The notes under the pieces were generated by a model that had not been told where the DNA came from, searched no databases, and saw only the letters and a program-made list of their open reading frames with translations. A stretch of DNA of 41,247 nt from an uncultured Eubacteriales bacterium (GTDB taxonomy: Bacteria > Bacillota > Clostridia > DSM-8532 > CAYYEC01). Position 1 is the stretch's first letter. Every line of letters starts with the position of its first letter. Where the stretch lies: NCBI GenBank assembly GCA_964470745.1, contig CAYYEC010000001.1:1-41247 (forward strand), read 5' to 3'. The position numbers and the translations under genes are program-made. Positions 35,811 through 41,247 of this stretch are shown here, piece after piece.

Positions 35811-38444
35811 ATGAGAAAGATTAGTATAGGAGATATAATCAGAATATTACTCAAGACATTTGAATTATATGATCAGCATAAAAAAATAGTTTATAGTTAC
35901 TTATTGATGGGATGTAATTTAAAAATTACATTAACTATGAATTCAGAATACAAAATACTAAAACAATTATATGGGTTACTAAGTTATAGAAACGTAGATA
36001 GCATAAAAAGAACATTCGAAAGATATAGTATTGAGACTAAGTTTGATGATAAAGGCAATGCCATTTATAATACATATAATTTACTAGATATTTGGGATAA
36101 TCTCGGTAAAAAGTATTTAATTTTTAAGGATAATGTATATATTAATATTTTGAACTTTGAAGAGTGGAAAAGGTATTTCCATGCTCTTGATGAAGATTTA
36201 ATTGTATTAAATCATTTAGTTAAGCAAAGATATTCATGTAAAAAGCCAGAAATTTCAAATATAAGCCAATTTGTATTTAAAATGAAGACATTTATTACGC
36301 CTTACGAACCAAAATTAAAGGCAATATTGAATAGAGGGGTAGGAATTCAGCATTTACATTTGTCAGGTAGCTATCCGGCCCCATATCTTTGGGTAGCGTT
36401 AATGAATAATAGAATTATTAACATGGATATTTTCAATTCCAGTAATTTTGATGAAGCAATAAAATACAATAATATTGAGAATATAGCTGTATTATGTAAA
36501 ATGATTAATATGGCAAGAATAATTCGTCTATGTTTGTTTGAATATATTATAGCTTATATAAAAAATGGCTTTAAAGTAGAAAATAGGAATTCGGAAAAAA
36601 TGAGTATACTATTAAGTGAGCTCTCGAAGAATATTAATCACTCTGGAGACTATTTTTATGAGATCTATCAAGATATCAATATTAAAATCTGCGAATTGAA
36701 AGCCAATCATAGAGACTATGCTTTCACACTGAGCTTTATAGATGATGATAATTGCCGTATTGTTTCCAAGTCATTAGTCGGAGAACGATTAATACTTTTT
36801 TACGTTTTATATTTAATTAATGATAGTAGTTTTCAAGATAATGAAATTTTGTCAAAATTGATTTGGATATATATACAAGCTAAAAATTCTTTCCTCTGCA
36901 AAGTTCAACAGGAAGAAGGGATATCGGGGATAGATTTTTTTGAATATACATTAAAGGCTGTAGTATGGAGTTATGATGAAGATCATGAATTCTGTAAAGA
37001 GATAGGAGAATTCTTACAAGAGACACAATCTGTTATAAAAGCTGAACTAATGATTTCGCCTCAAAGTAGCTTAGTTGATTATGATAAAAAATTAAAACAG
37101 ATATCAATTATAAGAGATAGTATGAGAGCGAGTCTTTGTGAAAAGTTAAAACAAGAATATCAAGACGTTAAAATTGGTGTAATAGTACATTTCAAAAAGG
37201 ATGACGAGGTTTATTTAAGCAAACGTATTTCAAGTAGTAATGATTCTTATAAAATCTCTCACTTTCAAAAAAGAGATGTAAATATACAAGATTGTAACAT
37301 GCTAATTAGATATAAAAAAGAAACCAATACGTTTGAAAAAAATAATAATATGCCAATTGTAGCAATTGATGCAACAAGTAAAGAAGTTTATTGTTCTCCT
37401 GAAATATTTAGCGAAGCTTATAATTTATTATTTGGCTATAATAATAATATAGAATCAGGGTTTAAGTTGGTTGGTAGAACATTTCATGTGGGTGAGGAAT
37501 ATATTTCATTAGCTACAGGTTTAAGAAGAATATATGAAGCTATCTGCTTCCTAGGCTTAGAAAAAGGAGATAGACTGGGGCATTGTATTGCACTAGGGGT
37601 AGACTCCAAATTATGGGTATATGATAATCCCCAAATAGATATGAGTTTAATAGATTTATTAGATGATTATGTTTTTGAGTGGCACTTGTTAAAAAATAAT
37701 TATAATTATGATTTTAAAAACAGAATTAATGAAATTGAAATGAGGATAGCTAAATATTCTAAACAAGTTTTTGGAGTACCAATCTATCCGACAATATTAT
37801 TTTCAGCGTGGCAATTGAGAGGGAATATCTCACATAACTTGGCATGTAATTTTGATGACGATAATACAATTCCTTATTGGATTAAACTGCAAGGGAAAAT
37901 TATGGAGTGCTCATCAGTTTCTGGCACACATCAGGCTATACCCAGTCTAGATGCGCTTTTGAGTATAGCTGATAAATACAATATTATTTATGACAAATTG
38001 AAAGTTGAACTGCCTTGCAGTATTGAGGAAAGAATTTTGCATGAATACTTGTATGATAAACATACAAATGAGTCTTTTATTCAAAGGGTATCTATTGATA
38101 CAGTTAAAGAGGCTGTTCACTTAAAAAATATTCAAGATATAGTAGCTGATTTTTTATATGATAGAGGTATTAGTATAGAATCTAATCCAACATCAAATTG
38201 GTTAATTGGAGGATTTGAGAAATTTTATGATATACCCTGTGTTCAGTGGATTATTAATAAATCAAGTTTTGCTTTTTCGCTAAACATTGATGATCCTACT
38301 GCATTTGGGAATTCAGTTGAGAATGAATATTATTTAGTATATTCAAGTATTCGGAAATGTATAGAGAATATGATATCTGAAGATGTAGCTTTAAAAAAGA
38401 TTAACGAAATTAGATTAAACTCAATTAAATTAAGTTTTATATAA
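35811..38444 (+). CDS. Large (877 aa) adenosine/AMP-deaminase-fold metallohydrolase with N-terminal extension and two large insertions
   Basis: Ordered signatures: HLH (aa 181-183), HVGE (559-562), GH (591), ESNPTSN (790-796), NIDDP (825-829). GGAG SD lies 9 nt upstream. Confidence 0.8.
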   Translation: MRKISIGDIIRILLKTFELYDQHKKIVYSYLLMGCNLKITLTMNSEYKILKQLYGLLSYRNVDSIKRTFERYSIETKFDDKGNAIYNTYNLLDIWDNLGKKYLIFKDNVYINILNFEEWKRYFHALDEDLIVLNHLVKQRYSCKKPEISNISQFVFKMKTFITPYEPKLKAILNRGVGIQHLHLSGSYPAPYLWVALMNNRIINMDIFNSSNFDEAIKYNNIENIAVLCKMINMARIIRLCLFEYIIAYIKNGFKVENRNSEKMSILLSELSKNINHSGDYFYEIYQDINIKICELKANHRDYAFTLSFIDDDNCRIVSKSLVGERLILFYVLYLINDSSFQDNEILSKLIWIYIQAKNSFLCKVQQEEGISGIDFFEYTLKAVVWSYDEDHEFCKEIGEFLQETQSVIKAELMISPQSSLVDYDKKLKQISIIRDSMRASLCEKLKQEYQDVKIGVIVHFKKDDEVYLSKRISSSNDSYKISHFQKRDVNIQDCNMLIRYKKETNTFEKNNNMPIVAIDATSKEVYCSPEIFSEAYNLLFGYNNNIESGFKLVGRTFHVGEEYISLATGLRRIYEAICFLGLEKGDRLGHCIALGVDSKLWVYDNPQIDMSLIDLLDDYVFEWHLLKNNYNYDFKNRINEIEMRIAKYSKQVFGVPIYPTILFSAWQLRGNISHNLACNFDDDNTIPYWIKLQGKIMECSSVSGTHQAIPSLDALLSIADKYNIIYDKLKVELPCSIEERILHEYLYDKHTNESFIQRVSIDTVKEAVHLKNIQDIVADFLYDRGISIESNPTSNWLIGGFEKFYDIPCVQWIINKSSFAFSLNIDDPTAFGNSVENEYYLVYSSIRKCIENMISEDVALKKINEIRLNSIKLSFI

Positions 38445-38478
38445 CAATCAATAAAAGGTAAAGGTGTGAAAATTTAAA

Positions 38479-39015
38479 ATGATATTTAGTGAGAAGTGTG
38501 GAATGAAAAACAGTTGTAGAATCTTACTAGGACTCGATTGTAATTATAAGTGCGAATATTGCAGTAACAAGATACCAGGACTGATTGAAAAGTTTAAGTC
38601 AGTTTCAACCATAAGTGAAATTGGTATTTGCAGGTATGAAAACATCTGTATATCCGGTGGAGAACCTTTAATGAGTAAGTACATAAACGAATTGTGGGAG
38701 GTTATCACATTATCAAAATTAAACAAATGTAAAGTATTTATATATACAAATCTGAGTATATTACCTTCTAATGATATGATTGGTAAAGTAGATGGATGGA
38801 GTATTGGATTTCATGCTTTCCAAACCGAGACGTTAGGTTTTATAGACAGAGTTAATAAACTATTAAAAATGGGCGCAGATAATGTAAGAGTATTGGTGGA
38901 AAATATTGAAGCAAGCAAATTAGCAGTTTTTTTGCCTAACAATATAATAAAACCTTGGATTCGTAATGATTGTGACAAAACTAACATAGAAGATTGGTAT
39001 ATTTTAGATAAATAA
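38479..39015 (+). CDS. Minimal radical SAM protein (NrdG/QueE-sized, about 170-178 aa)
   Basis: CNYKCEYC (C21/C25/C28, CX3CX2C) and the SAM-binding ISGGEPL motif. There is no C-terminal SPASM or other extension. Confidence 0.7.
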   Translation: MIFSEKCGMKNSCRILLGLDCNYKCEYCSNKIPGLIEKFKSVSTISEIGICRYENICISGGEPLMSKYINELWEVITLSKLNKCKVFIYTNLSILPSNDMIGKVDGWSIGFHAFQTETLGFIDRVNKLLKMGADNVRVLVENIEASKLAVFLPNNIIKPWIRNDCDKTNIEDWYILDK

Positions 39016-39054
39016 TATTAGCAAGTTTTAAATTTCTATTTTAAGGAGTAATTT

Positions 39055-40122
39055 GTGTATAATGTAGGTGCTATTATTGGATTATTTTCTTTTCCTCATA
39101 AAGGGCATTTAAATGCCATTTTAAAGGCTAGTACTTATTGTGAGGAGTTATATGTTGTAATAATAAGTAATGATTTTATGGAAGAACAACTATATAAAAA
39201 TATAGCTATAAAAAGATTAACTATGAAAGAAAAGGCAAGATGTTTATCTTTTGAACTTAATGGATTTGATCATATAAAAATATTAATGATAGAAACTAAT
39301 GATGTTACAGTAAAAAATCTAAATTTAGAAATAGTTCTCAAAAAGATAACCGGCTTATTAAACAAAGATGTAGATGTAATATTTAATTGTGAATTAGAAA
39401 ATAAAGAAATTTTCAATTGCCACTCTATTGATAGTAAACTAGAAGTATTTAACGCTGATTATGTGATGATAACGATACATACATCGAATGTGTTAAATAA
39501 TATTTATATGAACTGGGATTTGGTTTTAGGATCTTTACGCGCATATTATGCAAAAAAAGTAGTTTTCGTAGGTACTGAAAGTTGTGGTAAAACAACACTT
39601 GTAAAAATGCTTGCAAAATTATTTAATACTACTTATGCAGAAGAAGCAGGCAGGTATTATGCTTCAAAATATATGGGCGGAAATGAGAATGTATTTATGT
39701 TGAGAGATTTTTATAATATTGCAATTGAGCAAAGACAGTTAGAAGAAAATGCATTACTATGTGCTAACAAAATTTCATTCTTTGATACTGATTTAGTAGT
39801 TACACAGCTTTATTGCAAACTCTTTACTGGTGAATACAATCCTGATATTGAACCTTTAATTGATAAATACAGATATGATATGGTTGTTTTCTTAGAACCT
39901 GATACAAAGTGGGTAGCTGATGGAATTAGATTTGCGGATAATCAGTCTAAGAGAGTTAAATATTCAGAGCAACTGAAAAAGTTGTATAGCTATTATGGCT
40001 ATGGAGAAAGATTAGTGGTAATAAGCGGCTCTTATAATGAAAAACTCAGTAAATGTGTTGAAATAAGCAAAAATTTATTATTAGAGAATAACATTAGAAA
40101 TGTAGTTTCTAAGTTTTTATAG
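39055..40122 (+). CDS. NadR-like bifunctional protein (NMN adenylyltransferase-like + ribosylnicotinamide kinase-like P-loop domain), no N-terminal HTH
   Basis: PHKGH (HxGH) at aa 14-18. Walker A VGTESCGKTTLVKMLAKLFNTTYAEEAGR, then FFDTDLVVTQ and KWVADGIRF, as in NadR RNK domains. GTG start 7 nt after AAGGAG. Confidence 0.8.
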   Translation: MYNVGAIIGLFSFPHKGHLNAILKASTYCEELYVVIISNDFMEEQLYKNIAIKRLTMKEKARCLSFELNGFDHIKILMIETNDVTVKNLNLEIVLKKITGLLNKDVDVIFNCELENKEIFNCHSIDSKLEVFNADYVMITIHTSNVLNNIYMNWDLVLGSLRAYYAKKVVFVGTESCGKTTLVKMLAKLFNTTYAEEAGRYYASKYMGGNENVFMLRDFYNIAIEQRQLEENALLCANKISFFDTDLVVTQLYCKLFTGEYNPDIEPLIDKYRYDMVVFLEPDTKWVADGIRFADNQSKRVKYSEQLKKLYSYYGYGERLVVISGSYNEKLSKCVEISKNLLLENNIRNVVSKFL

Positions 40123-40381
40123 AATTTACTATTAGAAATTGGATTATTTTTTTTCAAACCGTTTATTTTATAAGGGATATTAAATGGTAATATTTATAAA
40201 GGAATTATATAAAACTGCTATTTTGTTGAGTACTGTGTGTTTTTGGCAGATTGCAAGCTAATATTCAGATACAAGATGGAATGGAAACTGAAACATAAAT
40301 TTTGTTAAAAGAAAGCTAATTCTGGACTTCATTGATATGAAAAACAATATTATCAAGCCATTATTTATTTGGAGGTTTTTT

Positions 40382-41158
40382 ATGGATGTTAAAGAAGAGT
40401 TATTCGGAGAAAACTATCTGTTTACACGTGAAGATGTTTTAAAGTCATTAGAGTTATTTATTGAACACGAAAAATTAAATGAAGAGCCTGGGTATTCAAA
40501 TGAAGTTGTAAAAAACAGAGTAAAGCTTTGTCAAAAATTTCATGCAGCTATAAAGAAATGTAAACTTCCGGTTTTGACAGAACTTTGGTGGTTCTATGAA
40601 TATCAGTTTTTAGGAAATAGTATGGAGTTGAATCTATGTCAGGCTGATGAGATTGAAGTTGAAAATGATGAAATTAATGGTATGATCTCAACCGTGGAAC
40701 ACACTTTAATAAAGGTCGAATGTGATTATATTTCTGTTGAACAATATGCCTCCATGCTTGATATTGAGCCTGTTACGGTCAGGCAATGGATTAGGCGTGG
40801 GAAATTAAGACATGCAAAAAAGAATGGACGCGATTGGTTGATTCCCAATACTGAAGATAAGCCACGGCGTGGTTTTACCAGTGTGCAGTATATAGTAGAA
40901 AAAGAAGCCCAAATTGAAAGTGATGAATTCCCGTTGCTATCAACATGCAATTCAATATTGATCTTGCAAGATCAAGAGAATAAAAGCAAATTCATTTGTT
41001 ACCTCAATAATTATAAAACTAAATTCTGCAGTGAGCTTGAACTGACAAGAAGTGAAGTTGAACGGCTAGAACATACTATTATTGAATCTGGAAAAGCGCG
41101 GGTTGAAGGGAATATACAATACGTCCCTTATATTAGAGATAATGATGGTAGATATTAA
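40382..41158 (+). CDS. Excisionase-type HTH (HTH_17) domain protein with unknown N- and C-terminal regions
   Basis: ISVEQYASMLDIEPVTVRQWIRRGKLRHAKKNGRDWLIP. ATG at 40382 lies 7 nt after GGAGG; the longer ORF start at 40337 lacks an SD. Confidence 0.65.
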   Translation: MDVKEELFGENYLFTREDVLKSLELFIEHEKLNEEPGYSNEVVKNRVKLCQKFHAAIKKCKLPVLTELWWFYEYQFLGNSMELNLCQADEIEVENDEINGMISTVEHTLIKVECDYISVEQYASMLDIEPVTVRQWIRRGKLRHAKKNGRDWLIPNTEDKPRRGFTSVQYIVEKEAQIESDEFPLLSTCNSILILQDQENKSKFICYLNNYKTKFCSELELTRSEVERLEHTIIESGKARVEGNIQYVPYIRDNDGRY

Positions 41159-41247
41159 GTTGCAAAAATATTAGGGTATGCTGAAATGAGTTAATTGATA
41201 TGATTAGTTTAAAAAGTGAAAGGAATAGTTTTACAAATGAGTATATT

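Noticed and set aside
35811-38444. Calling the locus a RADAR system (RdrA/RdrB)
   Set aside because: Only the deaminase fold is shared. No RdrA-like large ATPase gene lies anywhere in the operon or its flanks, and the partner genes differ. Homology to RdrB specifically cannot be established without a search.
38479-39015. Prokaryotic viperin, or QueE of a 7-deazaguanine pathway
   Set aside because: At about 170-178 aa it is too short for viperin-like enzymes (about 300 aa). No queC, queD, folE or dpdA genes are present. Only the generic CX3CX2C and GGEP motifs can be seen.

Overview
This is a low-GC Firmicute, Clostridia-like chromosomal window. All calls come from motif recognition in the supplied translations and from reading the DNA; no searches were run.

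Left third, about 1-14.4 kb: conserved core genes, mostly on the + strand.
- rnc (3' part) and an ELP3-like radical SAM gene.
- The sporulation/stress triad prkA-yhbH-spoVR, whose two intercistronic gaps share a repeated structured element.
- A WYL/YafY regulator, a DUF2007 protein and an AI-2E/YtvI-type permease.
- The rpsB-tsf-pyrH-frr block.

After frr, where uppS-cdsA usually follow, the window becomes an accessory mosaic.
- A small-protein cluster that includes an (EA)n hexanucleotide-repeat gene.
- An IS200-like transposase stub behind a promoter carrying two LexA/Cheo-like boxes.
- An internally deleted YafY paralogue and a GNAT gene.
- A visibly GC-richer GH130 beta-mannoside phosphorylase/ABC uptake locus with LacI and AraC regulators.
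- Decayed genes: AAC(3), MFS, IS3, PIN and serine-recombinase fragments.
- An HTH/alpha-beta hydrolase/DUF4180 operon.
- A MerR-controlled aldo-keto reductase.
- A BCCT transporter behind a long terminator-ended leader.
- A flavodoxin-like reductase.

The most interesting region is 34.0-41.2 kb. A tRNA 3'-end fragment with its own terminator looks like an att remnant. It is followed by a tight five-gene operon: a PncC-like NMN deamidase, a 2TM protein, an 877-aa adenosine-deaminase-fold protein with two large insertions, a minimal radical SAM protein and a NadR-like NMNAT/kinase. An excisionase-type HTH protein follows. I know of no described system with this composition. It resembles RADAR/Cad1 only in the deaminase fold.

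No rRNA, no intact tRNA and no CRISPR array were seen.
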